Below, one piece after another: positions 21,061 through 31,234 of a stretch of DNA of 61,785 nt. The stretch comes from a virus (Duplodnaviria; Caudoviricetes), in the IMG/VR virus record IMGVR_UViG_3300027816_000110, positions 1 to 61,785 of that record, one strand, 5' to 3'. Below the pieces are notes generated by a model, which had not been told where the DNA came from, made no database searches, and saw nothing but the letters and a program-made list of their open reading frames with translations. The number at the start of each line of letters is the position of its first letter. The stretch's first letter is position 1. Both the position numbers and the translations under genes were made by a program.

Positions 21061-21224
21061 TACTTCTTAAAATAATCAAGAGCGACTCCGTAACAATAGT
21101 TTAGCTTATCTAAATCTGACTGAATAATAAAAGGGTGGTATCGTAATTCGATATGCACCCTTACTCTTTTTTTCTCGTAGATATAATTTTCTACAACAGC
21201 TATCATTTCTTCTACTGTGATCAT
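21060..21224 (-). CDS. Hypothetical protein (54 aa, MITVEEMIAVV...)
   Basis: Translated by hand; start overlaps the stop of the upstream gene. Confidence 0.55.
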   Translation of the reverse strand: MITVEEMIAVVENYIYEKKRVRVHIELRYHPFIIQSDLDKLNYCYGVALDYFKK

Positions 21225-22339
21225 TAGAAGATATGTGTTAGTCTAGCTACTTGTCCAAATTCTTTATGATGAATAAATCCCTCTACTGCTTTTGGGGCGT
21301 GTTGATAACCTTGCCTGTGATGCCAAGAGTCAGTGCCAGAAGGACTCCTTAAGGTTTCCACACATACAGACATAAAGTCCTTACTAGTTTTATGGTGGAT
21401 GTGATGTCCGTAGATGTATCTGTGTTTACATTCATGCCACCAAGCACCAGACTCATGAGCCATAAGGAGAGGCAGGTCTTGAGTTTTAGCACCATCCATA
21501 TGTGTGGAACCTATTAAATTATTCCCATAAACTGTATATTTACGATGGGACATATCGTTATTAAATTTTACATTTTCACACTTAGAAAACCAAGCCTCAA
21601 TACATTGTAACAACATAAATCCAGACATGTAGTCATGATTGCTTGGATTGTAAACAACCTCAACGTCGGCAACAGACATAAGTCTTTCTATTATATCGAT
21701 CAATAGTTTTTTAGCCATAACGAAATTATCATACCACATGCCATCAGTATCTTGTGGTGTTCCGCTAGTTGTAGTTCGTTTTGGGTTGTCTACATGTAGA
21801 ATGTCATTGCCAGCTATGAATATTATTTTATCAATATTAAATGGCTTCGACTTAGATAGTATACCCTCAAGCCCAGTCAACACTCTTTGAACTGCTATCT
21901 GACTGTTGTAATCTTCTCCAGTTTCAAACTTTGAGCATATCTTACCTATGTGTATGTCAGCTGGATCGAAAACAAGGCAGTGAGGCTCAGATATTGAGTT
22001 GTTACGAGCGATCTTAGCGTACTTTGGACTCCATGTCTTTATCTCGTTAACAAGATCAGATATAAACTCCTTAGGATCAAAATCTGACCCTCCGTTTACG
22101 TTTATACTGTAGTGCTTACCCTTGTACCAATAGTGTTTAACTTTAGACTCGTCTATACCTACTCTTTCACACTCATCAATAAGTCCTCTGTTTTTAATGT
22201 GGTAAGATACACCCTTTCTTAACGTATCTATGTTGTCAGAGATGGTAGGGTCTTCTTCTATTAAAATCCTAGCTATTTCTGCTTTACTTTGAGTTACGTT
22301 GTCGTAAATATCAAAAATTCTATTCCGATTGTATTTCAT
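21224..22339 (-). CDS. Calcineurin-like metallophosphoesterase
   Basis: DIHIG, GNDILH, NHD, HMD and GHHIHH motifs. Confidence 0.8.
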   Translation of the reverse strand: MKYNRNRIFDIYDNVTQSKAEIARILIEEDPTISDNIDTLRKGVSYHIKNRGLIDECERVGIDESKVKHYWYKGKHYSINVNGGSDFDPKEFISDLVNEIKTWSPKYAKIARNNSISEPHCLVFDPADIHIGKICSKFETGEDYNSQIAVQRVLTGLEGILSKSKPFNIDKIIFIAGNDILHVDNPKRTTTSGTPQDTDGMWYDNFVMAKKLLIDIIERLMSVADVEVVYNPSNHDYMSGFMLLQCIEAWFSKCENVKFNNDMSHRKYTVYGNNLIGSTHMDGAKTQDLPLLMAHESGAWWHECKHRYIYGHHIHHKTSKDFMSVCVETLRSPSGTDSWHHRQGYQHAPKAVEGFIHHKEFGQVARLTHIF

Positions 22340-22490
22340 GTGTTTTAAGAAGGTCTTTAAGTACTTTGATTAGATTTTCTACATTTGACTTCATTGACTT
22401 ATAGTCAGCATCTGTAAGATCTTCATATATACAGTCAGTAAGATCGTTTATCTCTCTCATGACTCCGTTTATATAGTTAATGTGTTCCAT
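22320..22490 (-). CDS. Hypothetical protein (56 aa, MEHINYING...)
   Basis: Translated by hand; follows a minus-strand promoter. Confidence 0.55.
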   Translation of the reverse strand: MEHINYINGVMREINDLTDCIYEDLTDADYKSMKSNVENLIKVLKDLLKTHEIQSE

Positions 22491-22498
22491 TGACGCAT

Positions 22499-22506
22499 CA
22501 AATATA
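22499..22506 (-). promoter_or_regulatory. Bacteroidota -7 promoter element TATATTTG
   Basis: CAAATATA on + strand, intergenic. Confidence 0.55.
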
Positions 22507-22535
22507 ATTCATTATAATCAAAGAAATGTAAATTG

Positions 22536-22775
22536 TTAATAATTAATGTTTGACATGTATTTAATAATATCCATGTTGTAAGTAATTCTATACTTACTTG
22601 TGTCTTTAACCTTTAGGTATTTTTTAGTAAAGTCTTCATCTAATGGCTTTAGATTTTCATCAAGTGCCAATGGTATTCTTGTTTCTTCTTTTAGTATAAT
22701 ACCTAACTTACTTGTGTTAGACAAAGGCACCGCCTTTATAATAACATTCACACAATAAACTCCTCTCATCTCCAT
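22536..22775 (-). CDS. Hypothetical protein
   Basis: ORF in the tightly packed minus-strand operon. Confidence 0.55.
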   Translation of the reverse strand: MEMRGVYCVNVIIKAVPLSNTSKLGIILKEETRIPLALDENLKPLDEDFTKKYLKVKDTSKYRITYNMDIIKYMSNINY

Positions 22776-23188
22776 ACCTTAACTATTGATTCTGGATTCT
22801 CTTCACAAGCGTCTAAATAATTTTGTGTAAAATTTAAAAGACCTTCATATGATCCCCATCCGTTTTCTGGATTAAACTTTTTAAACTTGTTTGGATTATC
22901 ACGGAGTTTAGATAACCCTTCTTTTATATATGGTATAATATCCTTAGCTCGTATTTCTTGCTTATCTTCAAACTCATGTTCCGCATTATGGTCTTTCTCT
23001 GGAATATTGTAACCATCAATAAGCCTATGAGGTCTCCATAAAGCCTCATACAATCCAGCCTTATCAGCCATCTCGCCTAAGTTGTGAGTTATGTTTGCAG
23101 AATATAATGTATCATATTCTATTTCATGAGTCTTGAACTCATCATAACTTACCCATTTTTTTCTTGTTAAATCTACATCTAAGCTCAT
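22766..23188 (-). CDS. Conserved phage hypothetical protein
   Basis: NITHNLGEMA...FNPENGWGSY motif recurrent in phages. Confidence 0.6.
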   Translation of the reverse strand: MSLDVDLTRKKWVSYDEFKTHEIEYDTLYSANITHNLGEMADKAGLYEALWRPHRLIDGYNIPEKDHNAEHEFEDKQEIRAKDIIPYIKEGLSKLRDNPNKFKKFNPENGWGSYEGLLNFTQNYLDACEENPESIVKVWR

Positions 23189-23442
23189 CTATTAAATTTT
23201 AATCCCCACATTAAACCTATCATTGACATTTGACGTTCTGCCAGTTTAGAATTCATTCTAAATTTTTTTCGTAAATACTTTTCGCCCCAAGATTTCCACT
23301 CATCATATTGAGCTTCAGTCATGGTCCAATTTGTATACCAATCGTCCTTTCTGTCTTTTATATCATAGTATGTTACGTCATGACCTGCTATTTTAAACAT
23401 CTCATTGATCATGTCGATAACCATTTGATCTTTTTTATCCAT
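23185..23442 (-). CDS. Hypothetical protein
   Basis: Overlapping stop/start with neighbours. Confidence 0.6.
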   Translation of the reverse strand: MDKKDQMVIDMINEMFKIAGHDVTYYDIKDRKDDWYTNWTMTEAQYDEWKSWGEKYLRKKFRMNSKLAERQMSMIGLMWGLKFNR

Positions 23443-23984
23443 TTATCTCTAAGTATTAATTCGTAATAGTTTATTTTTCCGTATTGATTTGTCCATATCT
23501 GTGGAAAGCCTTTTATACATTCTTCAATTCTTTCTCTCTTTGACTTTGTTTTGTCTGTATAGTATTCATAATATATCCAAGACTCCCAGTAATGATCTTG
23601 CTCACAAGCACTTACAGACACAACGATCTGCCACTTAAAGAAAACAAAAGACAGTCCTGGCGCATATTCAAAACGTATATCAGTACTTGTCCATTTGGTT
23701 TTCCATCCAAGATTCCAAAAGTTAAATCCGAACTTCTTTGGTACTGCTATTCTTGATTTTAAGTTCCTCTGATATAAAGCTTCGTAGGTAGGCTTGTACT
23801 TGCTTGGTACTTTCCATTCATCAAGTTCTCTAACAGCCTCTTCATGGGCCATTTTCTTTGACACCTTTACCCACTTACGAGGGTAGAAATATGGAGTACC
23901 CATAGCAATTTTACCACAATACCAATTCAACTTGAACGGCTTAAATGGAGACCATAAGGCCTTTATAAATCTCAAGTCTATCAT
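23409..23984 (-). CDS. Hypothetical Trp-rich protein
   Basis: 191-aa ORF in operon. Confidence 0.6.
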   Translation of the reverse strand: MIDLRFIKALWSPFKPFKLNWYCGKIAMGTPYFYPRKWVKVSKKMAHEEAVRELDEWKVPSKYKPTYEALYQRNLKSRIAVPKKFGFNFWNLGWKTKWTSTDIRFEYAPGLSFVFFKWQIVVSVSACEQDHYWESWIYYEYYTDKTKSKRERIEECIKGFPQIWTNQYGKINYYELILRDKWIKKIKWLST

Positions 23985-24262
23985 AAGTTCCTAAGCCAAT
24001 CATTAAACGCAACACCTAAATCATTGATCTGTTGATAGAACGCCATCAACTCTTTATCGTCCTCACCAGCAATCTGCTTGTAAAGATTATCTCCATTTCG
24101 CTCAACCTCCTTTATAAAGTCGTTGCCTAACATTTTTACTCTCTTACTATATACCTTCGGGTATATCTCCTTGATATCCTCCATATAGTCCATCATTACT
24201 GGCAAAATACCTACCAAGGCTGCCATCTTTTTCTCGTTCGTGATAGATTTCTTTTTCTCCAT
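23981..24262 (-). CDS. Hypothetical protein
   Basis: ORF in operon. Confidence 0.55.
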   Translation of the reverse strand: MEKKKSITNEKKMAALVGILPVMMDYMEDIKEIYPKVYSKRVKMLGNDFIKEVERNGDNLYKQIAGEDDKELMAFYQQINDLGVAFNDWLRNL

Positions 24263-24536
24263 AACTTAAATTTTCGTAATTATATTCTATTGTATTTAAC
24301 ATCTCTTCCTCTGACAGGAAGTCATCTGCTTTCTTGTAGCCAAACTCACCTTTGGTATCGTGAGATGGTCCTATAGCGTGAACCAAGTTGTGTATTAAAA
24401 AATGCCATGATATGTTGTACTTGTTTGGCAGGTTTTCAATCAGTTCGCCATTTATTATGTCTCTCTTTATTTGGTGTCTCAGATCAATCAACCTCGATAA
24501 ATCCTTCACCGCTGTAATACGTCGCCTTAATGCCAT
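24147..24536 (-). CDS. Hypothetical protein (start uncertain)
   Basis: Fills the gap between neighbours; long overlaps at both ends. Confidence 0.45.
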   Translation of the reverse strand: MALRRRITAVKDLSRLIDLRHQIKRDIINGELIENLPNKYNISWHFLIHNLVHAIGPSHDTKGEFGYKKADDFLSEEEMLNTIEYNYENLSYGEKEIYHEREKDGSLGRYFASNDGLYGGYQGDIPEGI

Positions 24537-24747
24537 GTGATTTTAGTTCTTTTATTCTATAAACTTGAAGAGGCCTAGGTTTATGTCCAGGCCTCTTTAC
24601 CTCAACAAAAAAAGCACTACAGTCCTTTGGTAAAGCCAATAGGTCTGGTATACCGTTCTTATTTGTCATAATTAACTTTATGACATAATATCCCTCACTC
24701 TCAAGTTGCTTGATTAGTTTTGTTTGTATCTGCTGTTCTGTTGCCAA
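24484..24747 (-). CDS. VRR-NUC nuclease / Holliday junction resolvase-like
   Basis: E..IQ, GIPDL, FVEVK PD-(D/E)xK motifs. Confidence 0.85.
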   Translation of the reverse strand: MATEQQIQTKLIKQLESEGYYVIKLIMTNKNGIPDLLALPKDCSAFFVEVKRPGHKPRPLQVYRIKELKSHGIKATYYSGEGFIEVD

Positions 24748-24961
24748 ACGTAGTATAATATTTATTAATATGTGGCGTTACCTTCTGAAGGTCAGCAAAC
24801 TTAATGAATTTTAAATTACCATCCAATACTTCAATTGAATTTATTATTATTTTTCCATCAACGTACTCATAGTCACATACATTTAATACTAATTGTTCTG
24901 GCGCTTCTAGATCGAAAGTTTCTATCAACTTTGCAATCATTGGATCATTTAATATCTTCAT
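24701..24961 (-). CDS. Hypothetical protein
   Basis: ORF in operon. Confidence 0.55.
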   Translation of the reverse strand: MKILNDPMIAKLIETFDLEAPEQLVLNVCDYEYVDGKIIINSIEVLDGNLKFIKFADLQKVTPHINKYYTTFGNRTADTNKTNQAT

Positions 24962-25106
24962 CGAAATTTATTTTTAGTTGATCGGCAGCCTCTAATATGA
25001 GACGCTCAAGTTCTTGCTCTGCTTCAAGTTTAAATCTTTTTAACTTGATCATATCAAATTCGATATCCTTAATCAATTGATACTGTGCTTTAATTTTTGA
25101 TTCCAT
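24945..25106 (-). CDS. Hypothetical coiled-coil protein (53 aa, MESKIKAQY...)
   Basis: Translated by hand; fills the gap between genes. Confidence 0.5.
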   Translation of the reverse strand: MESKIKAQYQLIKDIEFDMIKLKRFKLEAEQELERLILEAADQLKINFDEDIK

Positions 25107-26340
25107 AGTCTTTCTTAAAAATGTTTACTGTAAACTTCTTTTTTGATTTTACTGTCTCATAGATCTTATCTTCTATTCCTTCTTCAGAAAAGATCCAATA
25201 AACTTTATTAAATTTTCTTGCCATCGTGGTCATGCGATCTCTGGCCTGCCAATAACTTGTAGCACTGAAGTCTATGTTATAAAAGACAACATAGTCAGCA
25301 TTTTTTAAGGATATACCCTCACGACCAGATACTATTTGTAAGGCTATTACCTTATAACCTTCATCATCAAACTTATGTAACTCTGTGGTTAAGTCATCAC
25401 CAAATACTTGCTTAAGTACGTTCAGCTCTTCTTTAAACTTATAGAATACTCCTATCTTTGAGTCTTTAAACTTTGACTTTATAAACTCAGCCTTTGTAGT
25501 ATCTATTATCATGCTGTTACCGCTCTCAAATTTTACGGTACCGCTCCACAACTGATGTAGTTTTTGCATAAGTTTGACTGGCGTGTCGGCCAATATGACT
25601 TCGTCCTTACCCTCAACAACTAGATCACGCTCTAATTTTTTGATTATGTTTTTTGTGGTATCGCTCATCGCGATATGCAATATTTCTTCCTCTATCTCAG
25701 TAGAGAATCCAGCCTGCTTTTGTTGGAAGGTTATCATGTACTCAGAAACAGCAGACATTATCTTCTGCTCTATACCCTTGTCGTACTCATTTATAAGTAT
25801 GCCGTTTATATTCCGTTGATACTTATTGACATAGTCATCGGCCCATCTGTAAAAATTAACGTAGTGTTTAAAAGGACTATATGCACTCACCCAGAACTGA
25901 TGATATATCTGACTGTATGACTCTGGGCTTGGTGTTCCAGATAGAAATATCATTGGCTTAATTGCAAACATCTGCTTGTATAATTTAGTCTGCATTCCTG
26001 GCTTTGGGAAAGCTCCAAACCTATGGTGCTCATCATGTATGATAAGATCATAGTTTGTGTCCTCTAGCTTATGCATAGACTCATCATTCATCACAGTGAT
26101 ATCAAAGTGTTCTGAAAATCCAAAGTCTCTATAGTCATTCTCTATTGATCTTATGGCCTTTTTCTTAGTTAGAAATAAAACTCTTTTAGCTCCATAAATC
26201 CTAGCTGTTTCAAGAGATGTTGCCGTCTTGCCAGTCCTAACCTCCATAGCAAGATAGACTATGTTTTTATTTAAAAGTATATTAACAGCTCTATGTGCTA
26301 TCTCTGATTGATAGTCTCTTAAGTTCATCGTAGATTTCAT
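25090..26340 (-). CDS. Superfamily 2 (SNF2-like) helicase
   Basis: LRDYQ, RTGKT, DEHH, LSGTP, GREGISL and QARDR motifs. Confidence 0.9.
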   Translation of the reverse strand: MKSTMNLRDYQSEIAHRAVNILLNKNIVYLAMEVRTGKTATSLETARIYGAKRVLFLTKKKAIRSIENDYRDFGFSEHFDITVMNDESMHKLEDTNYDLIIHDEHHRFGAFPKPGMQTKLYKQMFAIKPMIFLSGTPSPESYSQIYHQFWVSAYSPFKHYVNFYRWADDYVNKYQRNINGILINEYDKGIEQKIMSAVSEYMITFQQKQAGFSTEIEEEILHIAMSDTTKNIIKKLERDLVVEGKDEVILADTPVKLMQKLHQLWSGTVKFESGNSMIIDTTKAEFIKSKFKDSKIGVFYKFKEELNVLKQVFGDDLTTELHKFDDEGYKVIALQIVSGREGISLKNADYVVFYNIDFSATSYWQARDRMTTMARKFNKVYWIFSEEGIEDKIYETVKSKKKFTVNIFKKDYGIKN

Positions 26341-26557
26341 TTAATTCGTTTTGATTTTTAGAACGTGATAGCTCCCTTATAGAATAGTAAGGTCTGTAGT
26401 CCAAGTTATCTCTACCTCCAGACAAGAAGTCATGCGTCATTGTATAATCTTCATACATTTCTTTCAACTCAGCATGTCTCCTTGTACTGTTAGCAGTAAC
26501 GCTCAATAGCTTGTCTATAACACCTATTTTTTCTTTAAGCCTAGCTATTGCGCTCAT
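26291..26557 (-). CDS. Hypothetical protein
   Basis: ORF between primase and helicase. Confidence 0.5.
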   Translation of the reverse strand: MSAIARLKEKIGVIDKLLSVTANSTRRHAELKEMYEDYTMTHDFLSGGRDNLDYRPYYSIRELSRSKNQNELNEIYDELKRLSIRDST

Positions 26558-26560
26558 AAT

Positions 26561-28903
26561 TTAAAAGTTTAACCTACTTTGCTCATTTTGCTTAATCTTA
26601 AACTCTACATTCTTACCATTTGCTCCACGAGTAATCTCTGGCTTCATTCCGTACTTATATTCACCGAATGAATCTAACCATCGGTAGAACTTTATCTGTG
26701 ATATCTTGTACCTACCATAGTTACCATAGTCTGGATACTCGGAAACAAATGAGTTATATAGAGTATTCCCAAGTGTAGGCATGTTAGCTTTTGTACCCAT
26801 GTTATCCTTTGATGTACACCACTCCCAAAAGTCAGCACTTGTTTCAGCAATAAATTTACGAGTTTTTAAATTCTTGAACTCACTCTGCATCAAACCCTTG
26901 TTTAGGTAAAGCTGTAGATTAGATATCATGTAGTTGTCAAAGCGTATCCACTCATCGTCAGACCAATCAGTAAATAACATGTGTCCGAACTCGCTCTCTG
27001 GCGTGTAGTTCTTCGAGTAGTGCTGTTTGAACTCTAGGTCCCACTTACGTCTCTCAAATGAATTACCAGCACCTCTGATGGCATAGTTTGTAGTTATGAC
27101 AATCTTTGGAGAATCCTCAAACTCTAGCTTAATCTCATCCTTGTTTTTCTTCTCAAGTGTTATACCCTCAGTAATTACTGAGAACAATCTCTCAAAGTCA
27201 AAGTGACGAGCGACATCATCAAACACCAACACCTGCGTGTCAACCTGTACACGTTGATATGGGAATGACTTCTGAAAGCTGAATCCCTTTCCGTCTATTA
27301 TCACCATCTTCTTCATGTGGCTGATAGACTTTACGAATATACCCTTACCAGTACCTCCCTCTGGGTTGTCACTGATCACCTCGTCATTAAGTATTATCGC
27401 AGGAGCATAGCTTGCAGGCTTATGCGAATGCATCAAATAACCAATGGTAGACTCAACAGAACGCTGTCTGTCTGGCGTGTCACCAGCTATGTTGTTGATG
27501 AATCTCTTGTACTCACAATCATCAAAAGATGATAGGTTAAAGTTACGCTGTATCTTCTGCTTCTCCCACACATAACCAGATAGGTCTTTGTAGTCTATCA
27601 TGTCAATGCTTGACTTCGACACCCTAACAGCGCAGTTTAGGTAATATAGGTATGCTATATCTTGGGTGTCTTTAATGAAGTCAGCATCGATCTTAGAGAC
27701 ATAGTTTAGGAATGTCTCTTGAAAGAACTTAGTGTTGATAGCAAAGAAGTTATACACTGACATATCATCACGATCGTATAAGTACTTGAGAACGAAGTCT
27801 TTAATTACATCTTCGTTTACATCACTGATCGTATTGTCAACCACTCTGACAAATACAAAGTTCATAGAAGTTGGTGGATAGTATTTATAGAAACCGCTCC
27901 TCTCTAAAAAACGTCTAAAGAGGTGTGGCACTAGGTCTATCTTACCCTTACTACTCTTGGTCCAGAAATCATCGTCTACTGATGGAATCTCCTCTATGTT
28001 GTACTTTGTAGTAACTTGTTCGACAGGAATACCCATCTTTATGTCATTCTTTATAGAGGTCTCCTTGTCCTTATCTTCAAAGTACTTCGTGTTGAACTGC
28101 TGTACGTTCTTATAAGCGCTGTATATGATGGTTGGTATCTCTCTAGACATTGATCCATCTACGTCGTGCTCATGAAGTACTGCCATAGCGTCCTCTTTGT
28201 TTATGCCATACTCATTTAGAGCTGATGCTAGTATGAATAAGTTATTGTTACGCTGTCCTGGCACCATGCCGTGATTTTTGTTCCACCATAAGTTAAGTCT
28301 ACGAACTATCTCTTGGTGATCCTCAACAACAAACATAACAGGCTTACGTTCTACTGGAACCTCAACATCACCCTCTATCTGAGTCCATATTGAAGACAGC
28401 TCATTTACATATATGTCTGGATCGTATGACTCATAGCAAACCCTTGATATGTTGCGTGACGTGGTGTCAAACTGTTGGATGTTATAGTACGTCTTGAGTG
28501 CATTAAAGTAGTGCTTATGATGCATGGGATTTTTTGGTATCCTTACAAGAACCTTTAACCCATCGCCAGAAGGTGACAAGAAACATGAATATGTGTATTC
28601 ATCGCTCTCAACCTTCTTCCGAAAGTTAGAAAGATGTACATCATCATCAAAACCATCGAAGTCTATACATATTAGACCACTATGATTTATGCAAGCAGTG
28701 TCTGCACGTTTTGAAAACTGGCCAGAGAAACATATCGCTGGAAGTAACTTCTTCTTCTCATTTCGATTGTTTTTGTCTGTCTCAGATCTAACGTCCATTA
28801 CCAACTGCATAGACTTACCATCGCGTATCCTTGAGATAGCTACAGATACATCTACGTGATAGGGTGATGATGTTTCGTTAATTGATTTAAAGTATGTTAT
28901 CAT
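26561..28903 (-). CDS. Primase-helicase (BT4734/VirE N-terminal primase-like + PriCT + P-loop helicase)
   Basis: KKKLLPAICFSG, HSGLICIDFD, SPSGDGLKV; GQRNNNLF; GGTGKG Walker A, VFDD Walker B, IVITTN. Confidence 0.85.
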   Translation of the reverse strand: MITYFKSINETSSPYHVDVSVAISRIRDGKSMQLVMDVRSETDKNNRNEKKKLLPAICFSGQFSKRADTACINHSGLICIDFDGFDDDVHLSNFRKKVESDEYTYSCFLSPSGDGLKVLVRIPKNPMHHKHYFNALKTYYNIQQFDTTSRNISRVCYESYDPDIYVNELSSIWTQIEGDVEVPVERKPVMFVVEDHQEIVRRLNLWWNKNHGMVPGQRNNNLFILASALNEYGINKEDAMAVLHEHDVDGSMSREIPTIIYSAYKNVQQFNTKYFEDKDKETSIKNDIKMGIPVEQVTTKYNIEEIPSVDDDFWTKSSKGKIDLVPHLFRRFLERSGFYKYYPPTSMNFVFVRVVDNTISDVNEDVIKDFVLKYLYDRDDMSVYNFFAINTKFFQETFLNYVSKIDADFIKDTQDIAYLYYLNCAVRVSKSSIDMIDYKDLSGYVWEKQKIQRNFNLSSFDDCEYKRFINNIAGDTPDRQRSVESTIGYLMHSHKPASYAPAIILNDEVISDNPEGGTGKGIFVKSISHMKKMVIIDGKGFSFQKSFPYQRVQVDTQVLVFDDVARHFDFERLFSVITEGITLEKKNKDEIKLEFEDSPKIVITTNYAIRGAGNSFERRKWDLEFKQHYSKNYTPESEFGHMLFTDWSDDEWIRFDNYMISNLQLYLNKGLMQSEFKNLKTRKFIAETSADFWEWCTSKDNMGTKANMPTLGNTLYNSFVSEYPDYGNYGRYKISQIKFYRWLDSFGEYKYGMKPEITRGANGKNVEFKIKQNEQSRLNF

Positions 28904-29141
28904 ATTCCTTTATGTCGTTTAAAAGTAATTGGTCATTAACTGATAATAGGTACTCGTATTTGTTTATCCAATAGTGGACCGCACTATGGTCCCGATTGAA
29001 CAACTGACCTATCTCTTTTAATGTAAGACCTGCCTTTCTCAACTGAACATAAAGATGTGCTCTCTTGTGAACGAGATGCTGTTTTCTTGATGGAGAGTTT
29101 AAACTGTCTCTATCAATTATCGATTGGATTATTGTTTTCAT
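28887..29141 (-). CDS. DnaA C-terminal-like HTH DNA-binding protein
   Basis: LKEIGQLFNRDHSAVHY matches the DnaA domain IV signature. Confidence 0.7.
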   Translation of the reverse strand: MKTIIQSIIDRDSLNSPSRKQHLVHKRAHLYVQLRKAGLTLKEIGQLFNRDHSAVHYWINKYEYLLSVNDQLLLNDIKEYDNIL

Positions 29142-30262
29142 TTTCTCATTTCTTTTATTGGTAATAATAATTCTTCATAACCGCTTATGCTTTCTCCTAT
29201 GTATTCGTGGCAGTAAGAAGCTCTTTCTAATCTGTTAGATGCTTTTTTATCAGTATCTTCTTTTATAGTTCTTTTTTTACCATTATTTACTGTTGGTCTC
29301 CATTTATTACTTTTGTTAAAGTACACACCTAACGCTGGGTTTACTGTTTTTATAAAACAAAGACCTCCTTCATTTCTTATAATACCTCCTGCAAATTCAG
29401 ATAACTTAACGCCCAATCCCATTCCTTGAAAATCTGGCATGACAACTATTCTACTTATAGCAAAACCATTAGGGCAACCTTTCCTTGGTTGATTTATTAT
29501 AGCAATAATTGCAATAGGTTTGTTTTGCCATTCAAATAATAAAAACTTACAACTTTTATTTACTTCTTCTGTTAGATAATGATGTTTTTTGAAGAGGTTC
29601 CAAGTTTCAGATTCGACTCTACTAATTTGTAGTTCGATTTTTGGTCTGCCGTGCCTTCGATAGTCGCACCTTTCGAGTACGCCTCCTTTTTGCGGTGAAC
29701 AAGTCCAATCTGGTATTAACCATTCTAAAATATCATAATGACAAGATGCTAAAATAATCCTCTTGTTTTCTCTACGAATGTATTTTTGTAATGCAAAACT
29801 CATAGCTTTAGCAACATCTCTATCAACAACAGATGTATATTCATCTATTAGTATTACTTCACCATCCTTAGCAGATGCAACCAAGTAAGCTAATGTTGCC
29901 CTGTATTGTTCGCCATTGCTTAATGCATTAAATGGTCTTAACCAAGTTGGTACTGATGATAAACCCATTGAAGTTAAAACTAATGTAGCTTCTTTTGGCT
30001 CTAGCCAATTAAAGTTGCTTATTAATGGTTTATTGTAATCAAATTTAGATTGTTTTAACTCACCACATTTTTTCAAAATTGTAGTCTTTCCGCTACCACT
30101 ACTACCGAGTATAACACCTATATTCCAATCAAAAGTTTTTGCTTCTCCTAAACTCATAGGAATAGATACAGATGTTTCTTCTCTGTTCTGAATATCAAAT
30201 GATTCATATACATAGTCTGTATATTTATCATTAATTATTTTTGATTTAAGTTCTATTTTCAT
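29138..30262 (-). CDS. ABC-type ATPase fused to GNAT acetyltransferase
   Basis: GSSGSGKT, LSNGEQ, ILIDE; ISRIVVMPDFQGMGLG acetyl-CoA motif. Confidence 0.85.
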   Translation of the reverse strand: MKIELKSKIINDKYTDYVYESFDIQNREETSVSIPMSLGEAKTFDWNIGVILGSSGSGKTTILKKCGELKQSKFDYNKPLISNFNWLEPKEATLVLTSMGLSSVPTWLRPFNALSNGEQYRATLAYLVASAKDGEVILIDEYTSVVDRDVAKAMSFALQKYIRRENKRIILASCHYDILEWLIPDWTCSPQKGGVLERCDYRRHGRPKIELQISRVESETWNLFKKHHYLTEEVNKSCKFLLFEWQNKPIAIIAIINQPRKGCPNGFAISRIVVMPDFQGMGLGVKLSEFAGGIIRNEGGLCFIKTVNPALGVYFNKSNKWRPTVNNGKKRTIKEDTDKKASNRLERASYCHEYIGESISGYEELLLPIKEMRK

Positions 30263-30623
30263 GTCTGTATTTGATTTCTTTTTTTAATAATTCAAGGTGC
30301 CATTCTGCACCACCATATTCAAGTATTGCTTGGATGTGATCATCTGTTAGATGTGCTATTGGTATCCATATCAGAGGTTGCTTGCCATCTATTCCTCGAC
30401 TACCTCGTGTTGCAAACTGACGTACAAGCTCAAAGTCATCATCGTCATTTATAGCATACGCATGTATCTTTTTCATGTCTTTTGCACCGTACCTTTGATA
30501 GTATGAACCGCCATCTACAAATGCTTCGTTTGGACATCCACACTTATTAAAGTCATGGACGTGTCTGCTTACTAATGTTTTTAAACACTGTAGGCATGTT
30601 GCTGAGTTATATACAATCGCCAC
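30246..30623 (-). CDS. Conserved Zn-binding phage protein
   Basis: CxxC...HDF..CxC...VDGG motif. Confidence 0.7.
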   Translation of the reverse strand: MAIVYNSATCLQCLKTLVSRHVHDFNKCGCPNEAFVDGGSYYQRYGAKDMKKIHAYAINDDDDFELVRQFATRGSRGIDGKQPLIWIPIAHLTDDHIQAILEYGGAEWHLELLKKEIKYRHENRT

Positions 30624-30795
30624 TTTCTAATTCTTCTTTTATATCTAAATAATAATCTATATACAATAAGTTACATACACTTGACATAAGATCGACCGCT
30701 TCAATGGCCGACCGTCTGGCATATTCTGGACTCATGTCGTGACTGATATTTAAAAATCTTTCGTATATCTTTTTTGCTTCTTCTTTTGCTGTCAT
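30607..30795 (-). CDS. Hypothetical protein (MTAKEEA family)
   Basis: ORF in operon. Confidence 0.55.
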   Translation of the reverse strand: MTAKEEAKKIYERFLNISHDMSPEYARRSAIEAVDLMSSVCNLLYIDYYLDIKEELESGDCI

Positions 30796-30796
30796 G

Positions 30797-31102
30797 TTAT
30801 TTATTTTTATTTATTTCTCTTTTAGCATCATTAACTCTGTCCAACACAAAATCAAAATCATCAGTAATAACCATTCTTGTAAATCCAAAATCATCACCAA
30901 ATGGTAATTTTTTAATTGTTGCCTCAAAATGAAACCAAGTTGTCTCATCTAATGGCTCAGCTCCAATATAAAAAACAGCATCATCAAGATCTTTGTATGC
31001 CTCGCTTTTTTTAATTAGTTCATAAATGTTCATTGCAAATGATTTGTAATGGGGTTCTCCCATCATCTCAATTACTTCTTGTTCTGTTAGTTCTTGTTTC
31101 AT
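30797..31102 (-). CDS. Hypothetical protein
   Basis: ORF in operon. Confidence 0.55.
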   Translation of the reverse strand: MKQELTEQEVIEMMGEPHYKSFAMNIYELIKKSEAYKDLDDAVFYIGAEPLDETTWFHFEATIKKLPFGDDFGFTRMVITDDFDFVLDRVNDAKREINKNK

Positions 31103-31113
31103 CTTATTCTGAT

Positions 31114-31233
31114 TTAAAGGTTTTTATTTCTTTTTTTAAATAATTGGTAATACCAATAGTGAATTGCTATACAAAATCCTGAAACACTAATTGCTCCATA
31201 AACAATACAAAATCCAATATCTTCACTGCTCAT
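31114..31233 (-). CDS. Small membrane peptide (39 aa, MSSEDIGFCIVY...)
   Basis: Translated by hand; hydrophobic core and basic tail. Confidence 0.4.
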   Translation of the reverse strand: MSSEDIGFCIVYGAISVSGFCIAIHYWYYQLFKKRNKNL

Positions 31234-31234
31234 T

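Noticed and set aside
49-21079. Numerous short antisense ORFs in the ORF track
   Set aside because: They are shadows of long + strand genes, with Ser/Leu/Ile-rich antisense composition
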